DNA of 43,561 nt from an uncultured Candidatus Saccharibacteria bacterium (GCA_964539415.1 CAZIID010000002.1:2819-46379), one strand, 5' to 3'. Positions 28,161 to 35,013 are shown, counted from the first letter of the stretch. Numbers and translations are program-made. The notes: generated by a model not told the origin, from the letters alone.

Positions 28161-28199
28161 AGGGCGGGTTCACTTTGTGAACCCGCCCTTTAACTTTTC
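28161..28199 (+). terminator. Rho-independent terminator
   Basis: AGGGCGGGTTCAC-tttg-TGAACCCGCCCT followed by TTAACTTTT. Confidence 0.8.
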
Positions 28200-28236
28200 T
28201 AAAAAATCAAATCATCCTTTTTACTCCATACTCTCT

Positions 28237-28425
28237 GTCATTCCAGACTTGATCTGGAATCCAGAAACAAAGAAATGGTTTGCTTCGTCGCTTCGCTTCT
28301 CGTAAAGACAAACAATAAAAATACCAAATCACTTTCCTCTATTCCGTCATTGCGAGCGAAGCGCGGCAATCCACCCCCTTCTGTTTTTGTTCAATACTGG
28401 ACTACCACGCTTCGCTCGCAGAGAC
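28237..28425. repeat. Cluster of four alternating-orientation GTCATT(G/C)...(G)CAATCC-type repeat units
   Basis: Units: 28237-28262 (+, GTCATTCCAGACTTGATCTGGAATCC), 28277-28309 (-, rc GTCTTTACGAGAAGCGAAGCGACGAAGCAAACC), 28346-28372 (+, GTCATTGCGAGCGAAGCGCGGCAATCC), 28399-28425 (-, rc GTCTCTGCGAGCGAAGCGTGGTAGTCC). Confidence 0.8.
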
Positions 28426-28474
28426 AAACAAAAAAATATCAATGTTCTTATACTTGCCCATTATAATATTTTCC

Positions 28475-29041
28475 CTAATATTTTCTTATAACCCCTTTCA
28501 CTATTGCAGCAACTTTTAAGTCTTCTTTTGGATACATAGGTTTATAATTTTTGTTTGCTGCTTCAAGATACACCTGGCCATTTCTTTTTCTAAAATATTT
28601 CATAGTCCAGCCACCGTCAAATTCTGCGATAACTATATCCCCGTCTTTTGGTTCCCCCTTTCTTTCAGCTATGACTAAATCCCCTTCTTTTATACCCTCA
28701 TCTATCATAGAATCACCCTTAACTTCCAAGAGGTATGTAGCTTCTTTATTTTCAACTAAGTAATCATCAAGATTCAATGTGTCCAACCTCTCTTCTTCGG
28801 CTACTGTCGGAAAACCTGCTTCAACGAGTCCGAGTAAAGGAACTTCTCCTGCAATATTTTTAGGTATGAGCATTCCTTTTGAATCTTTTTCTAGGACGTT
28901 TGCTTCTATTAGTTTATTAACCAACTTGTATACTGAGTTTTTGGACTTGAATCCAAGCATTTTCATTATCTCTGTATACACAGGCATTCTTTTTTTATCT
29001 TTATAAAAAGCAATTATTTTATTTTTATATTCTTGTAGCAT
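28475..29041 (-). CDS. lexA: LexA repressor (S24 autopeptidase)
   Basis: N-terminal wHTH, cleavage site VEAG, catalytic GDSM serine and TMKYF lysine, C-terminal VKGVIRKY. Confidence 0.9.
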   Translation of the reverse strand: MLQEYKNKIIAFYKDKKRMPVYTEIMKMLGFKSKNSVYKLVNKLIEANVLEKDSKGMLIPKNIAGEVPLLGLVEAGFPTVAEEERLDTLNLDDYLVENKEATYLLEVKGDSMIDEGIKEGDLVIAERKGEPKDGDIVIAEFDGGWTMKYFRKRNGQVYLEAANKNYKPMYPKEDLKVAAIVKGVIRKY

Positions 29042-29045
29042 TTTT

Positions 29046-29261
29046 TTATAAAATAAATGAAGTTACAACTTTTGAAAGTTTCTGCAACATGCTGGAATTT
29101 ATAGTATAGAATCTTCTCAAATCCATAAGTTGCATCAAAAGAAATTTGTGTCTGCTGGCTTCTTTTTTATAAGGAAGACCTTTGATTATCTTAACATCAA
29201 TTATATCATTAAGTCTCTCCATTTCCTCTCTTATATTTTTTTCTAAATTTCTTTTGCTCAT
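29046..29261 (-). CDS. Unknown 71-aa protein, first gene of the lexA operon
   Basis: Start set at MSKRNLEK (ATG 29261) because the longer ORF would include the promoter and SOS box. Stop is 4 nt before the lexA ATG. Predicted helical, no TM segment. Confidence 0.55.
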   Translation of the reverse strand: MSKRNLEKNIREEMERLNDIIDVKIIKGLPYKKEASRHKFLLMQLMDLRRFYTINSSMLQKLSKVVTSFIL

Positions 29262-29297
29262 ATGTTTGATAAAATTAACTATTAATCTTGTATATGT

Positions 29298-29327
29298 ATT
29301 ATAGGTGAACATGCGTTCACCAGTCAA
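29298..29327 (-). promoter_or_regulatory. Sigma70-type promoter of the 71-aa ORF/lexA operon
   Basis: Minus strand TTGACT (29322-29327), 18 nt, TATAAT (29298-29303). Confidence 0.7.
29306..29319. promoter_or_regulatory. LexA operator (Cheo/SOS box)
   Basis: TGAACATGCGTTCA is a perfect palindrome of the GAAC-N4-GTTC type. It lies within the -35/-10 spacer directly upstream of lexA. Confidence 0.75.
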
Positions 29328-29400
29328 CTGTGGATAACACACTCCGACACATAATATAATTTTACGCAAACAAAAACCCCACGTAAGATATGTGAGGTTT

Positions 29401-29673
29401 TTAATTTAAACTTATTTGTTCAAGTTTTTCTTTTAGCTTCAATGCGGAATCATGAATTTTACCATCAAGAGCTAACCTTCTTATTTCTTCATTTTCATTA
29501 TGATCAATAATCTCACTCACCTTTTCCCCATACTCTATTATCCAATCGTATTCAGCTTTCTCTGTCGCTTCTGGCAACATAATTTGCATCAGTTCAATTT
29601 GGATTTTATTTCTTGTATGAAGATCCAAACGATTTATATTTTCTACCGATGTATTTTGATTTGATTCCCACAT
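29401..29673 (-). CDS. Hypothetical protein (90 aa)
   Basis: Uninterrupted acidic helical ORF with a weak hairpin downstream. No family recognised. Confidence 0.45.
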   Translation of the reverse strand: MWESNQNTSVENINRLDLHTRNKIQIELMQIMLPEATEKAEYDWIIEYGEKVSEIIDHNENEEIRRLALDGKIHDSALKLKEKLEQISLN

Positions 29674-29771
29674 AGTCTTTTTATTAATAATATAATTATA
29701 ATATATAATTAATTTTATGCAAAATAGAGAAGCTTTAACTATGCAAGATAAACAGGTATAATTATAATATT

Positions 29772-30710
29772 ATGACAGACAATATAAAAAACAAGGTTTT
29801 AGCTTTAAATAAAAAAATAACACCTAGAACTGTTCTGATAATTATAAGTATTATTATAGTTGTTCTATTGATATCATCTATTACTTACATTTACATAAAA
29901 GTAGATAAGATGTCAAAAAAGATTGATTCAATCTCAAACAATTTAACTATGCTCCAGTCAGATTTTTCTTCCACGACTACAAAGCTTGAAGGAAACATTT
30001 CTCAAACATATTCTGAACTAACCGCACAAAAAACAAATGTTGGTGATATTGCTAACCAGCTTGGTTCATACCAACAGGAAGTAGGCACAATAACAAACAC
30101 TGTAAATACTCTTCAAAAATTGAGTAAGACTGACCCAGAACTTCTTAAAAAATATTCAAAGGTATTTTTCTTAAGTGAAAATTATGCACCTGCAAGGCTC
30201 ACAGAAATTCCAAAAGATTCTAGCTATAGCGATGGCAAAGCTCTTACTATCCATACAGATGTTTGGTCTTACTTACAAAGACTTTTGAATGACGCTAAAA
30301 ATGCAGGTGTAAATTTATATGTTTTATCTGCATTTCGTTCTTTTGATGAACAAAATGCTTTAAAGGGACAATACTCTGTAACATACGGCGCAGGAACAGC
30401 GAATCAATTTTCAGCAGATCAAGGATATTCAGAACATCAACTTGGAACAACTGTAGACTTTATGACAACGGGTATAGGAGGAGAATTATCTCGCTTTGAT
30501 GGTACACCCGCATATCAATGGCTTACAGCAAATGCACAAAAATATGGTTTTACTTTATCTTATCCAAAAGACAATCCTTATTATGTTTATGAACCTTGGC
30601 ACTTTAGATATGTTGGAGTAACACTAGCAACAGAATTATTTAACACAGGCAGACACTTCTACGATATGGATCAAAGAACTATAGATGAATATCTAATAAG
30701 TTTGTTTTAA
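29772..30710 (+). CDS. M15B (VanY-type) D-alanyl-D-alanine carboxypeptidase, membrane anchored
   Basis: TM anchor. SAFRSFDEQ, SEHQLGTTVDF and EPWHFRYVG zinc-ligand blocks. Confidence 0.85.
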   Translation: MTDNIKNKVLALNKKITPRTVLIIISIIIVVLLISSITYIYIKVDKMSKKIDSISNNLTMLQSDFSSTTTKLEGNISQTYSELTAQKTNVGDIANQLGSYQQEVGTITNTVNTLQKLSKTDPELLKKYSKVFFLSENYAPARLTEIPKDSSYSDGKALTIHTDVWSYLQRLLNDAKNAGVNLYVLSAFRSFDEQNALKGQYSVTYGAGTANQFSADQGYSEHQLGTTVDFMTTGIGGELSRFDGTPAYQWLTANAQKYGFTLSYPKDNPYYVYEPWHFRYVGVTLATELFNTGRHFYDMDQRTIDEYLISLF

Positions 30711-30740
30711 AATACAACAAATAACCATCGCAATAGATAA

Positions 30741-30778
30741 GAATTAAAAAATCCGCTTAGTAGCGGATTTTTTAATTC
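30741..30778. terminator. Bidirectional terminator (17-bp perfect palindrome arms)
   Basis: GAATTAAAAAATCCGCT-tagt-AGCGGATTTTTTAATTC. Confidence 0.85.
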
Positions 30779-30883
30779 TTATCTTTTTTTTGACTTCTTA
30801 GGTCTTGCATATTTTATTGCAAGACGCTTCTTTGTCTTTTTAGAACGAGAAGTCTTACTTTTTACGCTATCTCTTTTTGCCAT
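30779..30883 (-). CDS. Possible 34-aa highly basic peptide
   Basis: Hand-translated as MAKRDSVKSKTSRSKKTKKRLAIKYARPKKSKKR*. TATAAT (30892-30897) lies 8 nt upstream of the ATG, consistent with a leaderless mRNA. The terminator follows directly after the stop. Confidence 0.35.
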   Translation of the reverse strand: MAKRDSVKSKTSRSKKTKKRLAIKYARPKKSKKR

Positions 30884-31019
30884 ATAAAGATATTATACAC
30901 TAAATAAAAATAAAAGGAAATGTATTTTTTCTCCTTTCTCCAATTTAAAGTGAACCTAGTAATTTTAGAAACATTACGGAGGGAAATTTTTAGTAAAAAA
31001 TTTCCTGAGTATAGAGAAA

Positions 31020-31038
31020 ATGCCGCGACTGGCGGCAT
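31020..31038. terminator. Hairpin terminator downstream of the CxxC/RGG gene
   Basis: ATGCCGC-gactg-GCGGCAT flanked by A4/T4 runs. Confidence 0.65.
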
Positions 31039-31075
31039 TTTCATCGTGTTTCTAAAATTATTTGGTGAGCGACTT

Positions 31076-31610
31076 TTATTTCTTTGTTGTTTTCTTCTTT
31101 GCTGCTTTCTTTTCTTTAACAACAACTTCTTTTACAGCTTTTGCTTTTTCAACTGGTTTGTTTTCAGAAGCATTTTCTGTAACTGGCTTTTCTAGAAGTT
31201 TGATAAGCTTGTCTAACTTTGCGCTTATACCTTCAAGTTGATTCTTCATCACCTCCACCGTTATTTGGTGTAAAAGATGGTCTTGCTCCTCTGTCATCTC
31301 TTCTTCCACCAAAACTTCCACCTCTTGATTCTGAAGCAGACTTTCCACCTCTTAGATCAAAACATTCCTTACAATAGACTGGTTTAGTATTGGTTGGGAG
31401 AAAAGGCACTTCACAGCTTTTCTTACACTGATCACAAGTGGCTTGGTGCATAGTAACTTCACCTCTGTCACCACCTCTTGATCCTCCTCTAAAACCACCC
31501 CTTGAACCTCCTCCGAAGCCCCCAGAGCTTCTACCACCATCTCTTCCACCGAAACCTCCTCTTGAACCTCCTCCAAATCCTCCTCTACCCCCTTGATTAA
31601 AATTACCCAT
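31076..31610 (-). pseudogene. CxxC-x17-CxxC zinc-ribbon / RGG-repeat protein, reading frame split by a 1-nt shift
   Basis: Frame A (31233..31610) encodes RGG repeats plus CDQCKKSCEVPFLPTNTKPVYCKECF. The expected C-terminal module (MKNQLEGISAKLDKLIKLLEK...KKAAKKKTTKK) is in the +1 frame (31076..31348). The frames overlap by 116 nt (31233-31348). Confidence 0.6.
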
Positions 31611-31821
31611 TATATTTTCCGTATGCCTATTTCGATAGGTATACCTTACTGTCCGCCTCTGGCGTGACGAGTATTAAACCTCTACTAAACTTATATCAAT
31701 ATTCTAGCACTTTTTATTAAAAATAGCAAGAGACCCATTTTTTCTATTGACGGTCTGATTTTATCTGTTAATCTAGGAATTAGGAATAATCGTTCAATAC
31801 AACTAAATAAAGGAGTTAGAA

Positions 31822-32223
31822 ATGGCCCCAAAAATGTCTATGACTGAATTTATGATCAGTGAAATAAAATCTTCAAATGGGACTGATAAGCATTTTATTC
31901 ATCGCTGGTTTTCCCAATTTAAAATCGTTGCTGACCATGACAAAATTCTTTCCGCTCTTGAAAATAATTCCGCATTAAATTCTGGAGAAGGATTTGAGAA
32001 AGCAAAAAAAGCAATTCTTGACCAAAAAGCTGAGGCTGAAGCCAAAGCAAAAGATAACAAGAAAGACAGGAATCTTCTTGATGCCTTAATACTGGTGATA
32101 ACAAGGATTGGTCGTTACGTAAAAGATGATGACGGAAGAAGAATCCTTACAATTGCCTGCCAAGCAATTCAAGCAAGGACCAGCGAAGAAGTTGAAGAAG
32201 CCATTAAAAATCTGAGTAAATAG
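31822..32223 (+). CDS. Hypothetical protein (133 aa)
   Basis: ORF with AAGGAG SD at 7-nt spacing, putative TTGACG/TAATCT promoter and its own bidirectional terminator. No family recognised. Confidence 0.55.
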   Translation: MAPKMSMTEFMISEIKSSNGTDKHFIHRWFSQFKIVADHDKILSALENNSALNSGEGFEKAKKAILDQKAEAEAKAKDNKKDRNLLDALILVITRIGRYVKDDDGRRILTIACQAIQARTSEEVEEAIKNLSK

Positions 32224-32241
32224 TTATTTTTTTGAATTACA

Positions 32242-32284
32242 AATCGCTCAACTTTCTTTTAAAAAAAAGTTGAGCGATTTTTTA
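32242..32284. terminator. Bidirectional terminator
   Basis: AATCGCTCAACTTT...AAAGTTGAGCGATT followed by T6. Confidence 0.85.
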
Positions 32285-32291
32285 CTTTTAC

Positions 32292-33032
32292 TTATTTAAA
32301 CTCACAAACCAAAACACACTGCAAAGTACACACTTGTGCCTTAGGATCATTTCTACAAGCGGAAGCACATTCATTAAATTTACCACCCATACTTTCGCAT
32401 ACTTGTTTATCTACACCTAAACATTCTTTGAATTCGGCAGACCAAGTGCCTTTATTTAACTGGCATTTTTCAACAGAAGATATTAAAGTGTCATTTTTTA
32501 CTTCTTGGAGTTTATTATCAATAATTTTAAAATATCTACTAACCCCTAAAGATGGTTTTATGGTAAAAGGTTCTCCGGGATTACGATCGGCATAGTTTAC
32601 TATAATCATTCCATTTTTAAATTCCGTTGTTTGAGGGGCGATTCTATCACCAAGTAATATTGCGTTTGTTCCATAAAAACCATTAGGGGTTCCCAAAGCT
32701 ACAGCTAAATAATAAAATGTTCCGCTTCCTCCACTATTTTGACTTAAAAGAAAAGCAACATCACCCAGTCCGTCATTGTTAAAATCAGAAACAACTTCAT
32801 TACCAAAATACTTAGTTGATATTTTTGACGCTGAATCAGGAATATCTTTTTCAGAAGATCCATTAACTAAAGTAGTTGGTGTTTTTTCATCGCCAATAAA
32901 ATATGTCGCATTTTTATAATCCGAAACTTCGTCTTTCACATAAACATCTTTATCAGAAAAATTAAACTTTAAAACACCTGCAACGGCTATTAAGATAATA
33001 GCCCCAATCAAAAAATATAATGTCTTTTTCAT
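32292..33032 (-). CDS. Secreted/anchored protein with FG-GAP/VCBS-like loop and C-terminal Cys-rich module
   Basis: Start set at MKKTLYFLIGAIILIAVAG (ATG 33032). DFNNDGLGDVAFLL motif. The last roughly 60 aa contain 10 Cys. Confidence 0.6.
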   Translation of the reverse strand: MKKTLYFLIGAIILIAVAGVLKFNFSDKDVYVKDEVSDYKNATYFIGDEKTPTTLVNGSSEKDIPDSASKISTKYFGNEVVSDFNNDGLGDVAFLLSQNSGGSGTFYYLAVALGTPNGFYGTNAILLGDRIAPQTTEFKNGMIIVNYADRNPGEPFTIKPSLGVSRYFKIIDNKLQEVKNDTLISSVEKCQLNKGTWSAEFKECLGVDKQVCESMGGKFNECASACRNDPKAQVCTLQCVLVCEFK

Positions 33033-33065
33033 ATATGTATTGTAACATTTAAATTTAAAAACAAA

Positions 33066-33104
33066 ATTAAAAATGCCCACAAACGACTCTCATCGTTTGT
33101 GGGC
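33066..33104 (-). terminator. Rho-independent terminator of 33127..33465
   Basis: GCCCACAAACGA-loop-TCGTTTGTGGGC followed on the minus strand by ATTTTTAATTTT. Confidence 0.8.
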
Positions 33105-33126
33105 AAAACTGTTGCTTTTTTGTTGA

Positions 33127-33465
33127 TTAAAGATCAGGATAATCCTTCTTCAGTCTTTTAAAAGGAATATCAAGCAACAATTTGCTTGAGCCGAGCTTCT
33201 GAGTTATCTTATTGTAAAGATCCATCAATTTTTCAGCCCTTTTATTACACTCAACAGTGTAATGAGAGATTCTTGCATCCAATTCCGAATAATCCAAACC
33301 CTTCTTTTTGTCTTCTCGGAAGATACTGAGAGATTGCTCAGATTCCACCAGCTTGTGCCATACGACCAAAGCTTCGGTTATATCTGATTTGATCTCAGCC
33401 AACTGTTCCGACAAACCGATCAAAATTTCATTGGTTGGGACTTTCTTCTTTCTTTTAGCTTTCAT
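33127..33465 (-). CDS. Hypothetical protein (112 aa)
   Basis: ORF with strong SD (AAGGAGGGA, the same ACAAAAGGAGGGA context as the NUDIX gene) and its own terminator. No family recognised. Confidence 0.55.
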   Translation of the reverse strand: MKAKRKKKVPTNEILIGLSEQLAEIKSDITEALVVWHKLVESEQSLSIFREDKKKGLDYSELDARISHYTVECNKRAEKLMDLYNKITQKLGSSKLLLDIPFKRLKKDYPDL

Positions 33466-33555
33466 TCTCCCTCCTTTTGTTTTGAAGTACTTTTATATAT
33501 GTCTAAAATAATCGTATCACAAAAATACGCTGTTACAAGTAATCAAATTAATTAA

Positions 33556-34299
33556 TCAACTTCTTAAACTTTTTCTTATGTCCTGAAAATTTGGTATAGT
33601 TTCTTTTACCAAATTCCAAAAATTCTTTGAGTGATTAAATTCTTTCAAGTGACACAATTCATGCACAATAATATAGTCCCTTGCTTCCATAGGTAAAAAC
33701 AAAATCTTATAATTAAAATTTAAATTGCCTCTTTTTGAACAACTTCCCCATCTAGTTTTTTGATTTTTTATACTAACCTTATTAAAAGGGAAATTATAGT
33801 ATCTATTAAAATAATCAAGCCTTTCCTTTACAAGATTAAAAGCTTGAATTTTACTTTTTTTGTATTCCCCCTTCGTGTTTAATTTGACATGCCTTATTGG
33901 AGATTTCAAAAATTTATTAAGATGTTCTGATATCCATTCCTTTTTCTCAAAAATAAACTTTTTAATTAAACTTTCCCCAAGTAAACTCGGAACAGTAACA
34001 AGAACTCGCCCATCACAATAGATAGCAATTCTCATTCTTCTTGCTCTGTTACTTTTTATTATTGTAAGCGTAGAGAATTCCCCGTAGCACAGCTTAGGGG
34101 ATGAATGAACGCAAGATTTCTTTGAACGAGCGGAGCTCGTACTTCTACAACAAAGAACCCCCTGATTCGCACCACAAGAGCACTTCCATTTTCTAATCGC
34201 TTTGCTCAAGAAAATTAGGTCGCACAAAACCTTTCCACCTTTTGGTGCGAGGTTCTTTATCTTATAGTTAATATCGCCCAGCTTTCCAACTTCATACAT
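33556..34299 (-). CDS. M48-family (YgjP/DUF45-like) zinc metallopeptidase with atypical Cys/Ser-rich N-terminal insertion
   Basis: HELCHLKEFNHSKNFW (HExxH plus downstream H). WGSCSKRGNLNFNYKIL block. The canonical family N-terminus (IIKSNRARRMRIAIYCDGRVLVTVP) starts only after about 80 extra residues. Confidence 0.8.
   Translation of the reverse strand: MYEVGKLGDINYKIKNLAPKGGKVLCDLIFLSKAIRKWKCSCGANQGVLCCRSTSSARSKKSCVHSSPKLCYGEFSTLTIIKSNRARRMRIAIYCDGRVLVTVPSLLGESLIKKFIFEKKEWISEHLNKFLKSPIRHVKLNTKGEYKKSKIQAFNLVKERLDYFNRYYNFPFNKVSIKNQKTRWGSCSKRGNLNFNYKILFLPMEARDYIIVHELCHLKEFNHSKNFWNLVKETIPNFQDIRKSLRS
34069..34251 (-). repeat. Copy B of the two-copy conserved structured element, embedded in-frame in the M48 ORF
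   Basis: Reverse complement shares blocks TTGTGCGAC / GAGCAAAGCGA / TTAGAA / CTTGTGGTGCGA and the 3' CCCCT...GGGG hairpin with 9297..9424. My tentative boundaries give 183 nt, which is 61 codons with no stop. Confidence 0.65.
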
Positions 34300-34302
34300 A
34301 AA

Positions 34303-35013
34303 CTATTTTTCAAGATAGTGTTTCAAAGTATATATCCAATCTTCATCTTGAGTTCCATCTTCCATTTTTGTTTTCAACAACCATTCAAGATAACCTCTAT
34401 CAGTCTTAGAAACTTCATCAACGGTTTTACCTTTATATTTTCCAAAATTAAATCTCTTAAAAATTACGGGTTTCTTTGAAATTTCAATCATTTTTTCTAT
34501 TGCTTCTTCTTCATTTGGAATTTTCTCTTTTATTTTCAAAAGTAATCTTTCAAACAAAGCAAACAAAGTGTTTACATCACTCTCTGCATCATGCGCTCCA
34601 CCAGAAACATCTAAATCCAAAAAATACCTCATAAATTGTAAACTGTACTCTGGTATTTTATCTTCTTCATCAAGGTGTCTTGCGACTCTGTATGTACAGA
34701 TAAAGTTTGGGACAGACAAACCTTCTGCTTCAAGCATACCTATATCAAATTTTGCATTGTGTGCCACAAGAACTCCATCTTCAAGCAAAGACTGCAATTC
34801 TACAGCCGTGTCACTTCCAGCAAAAACTTCTTTATCAGCAACCATTTTATTGGTGATATGCGTTACGCTCATTGCTTTCACAGAAATAGGAAGTGGTGGT
34901 TTAAAATAACTTGTTTTTAAAGTTCCATTATATTTATAACAAATCTGACAAAGGCGATCTTTGCCGATTTCATTACCTGTAGTCTCTGTATCAAGAAAAA
35001 TTAATTTTTGCAT
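34303..35013 (-). CDS. DEDDh 3'-5' exonuclease (DnaQ-like) with C-terminal DUF3820-like module
   Basis: Exo I FLDTETTG, Exo II VAHNAKFD, Exo III HDAESD. C-terminal FGKYKGKTVDEVSKTDRGYLEWLL. Confidence 0.8.
   Translation of the reverse strand: MQKLIFLDTETTGNEIGKDRLCQICYKYNGTLKTSYFKPPLPISVKAMSVTHITNKMVADKEVFAGSDTAVELQSLLEDGVLVAHNAKFDIGMLEAEGLSVPNFICTYRVARHLDEEDKIPEYSLQFMRYFLDLDVSGGAHDAESDVNTLFALFERLLLKIKEKIPNEEEAIEKMIEISKKPVIFKRFNFGKYKGKTVDEVSKTDRGYLEWLLKTKMEDGTQDEDWIYTLKHYLEK

Noticed and set aside
28093-28466. ORFs 28093..28305 and 28275..28466 downstream of the orphan gene.
   Set aside because: They run through the terminator hairpin and the GTCATTGCGAG-type repeat units. They are typical spurious translations of such repeats and have no start signals.
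29329-29337. Perfect DnaA-box 9-mer (TGTGGATAA, reverse complement TTATCCACA) just upstream of the lexA-operon -35 element; considered as an oriC or DnaA-regulatory signal.
   Set aside because: It is a single isolated box with no cluster, no AT-rich unwinding element and no dnaA/dnaN nearby. One perfect 9-mer in 87 kb of two-strand sequence is not compelling.
30862-31195. ORFs 30862..31125 and 30920..31195, and the alternative frame 31352..31576 within the RGG-repeat region.
   Set aside because: The translations are low-complexity (poly-K/R or F/L-rich), and the ORFs overlap the terminator, the promoter region or the better-supported CxxC/RGG frame. No start signals are present.
9297-34251. 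The two element copies are in inverted orientation about 25 kb apart; considered as terminal inverted repeats of a large mobile element or invertible segment.
   Set aside because: The intervening DNA is core housekeeping (rpmA, rplI, cysS, dnaB, recR and others) with host-like composition. No transposase, integrase or recombinase is present.
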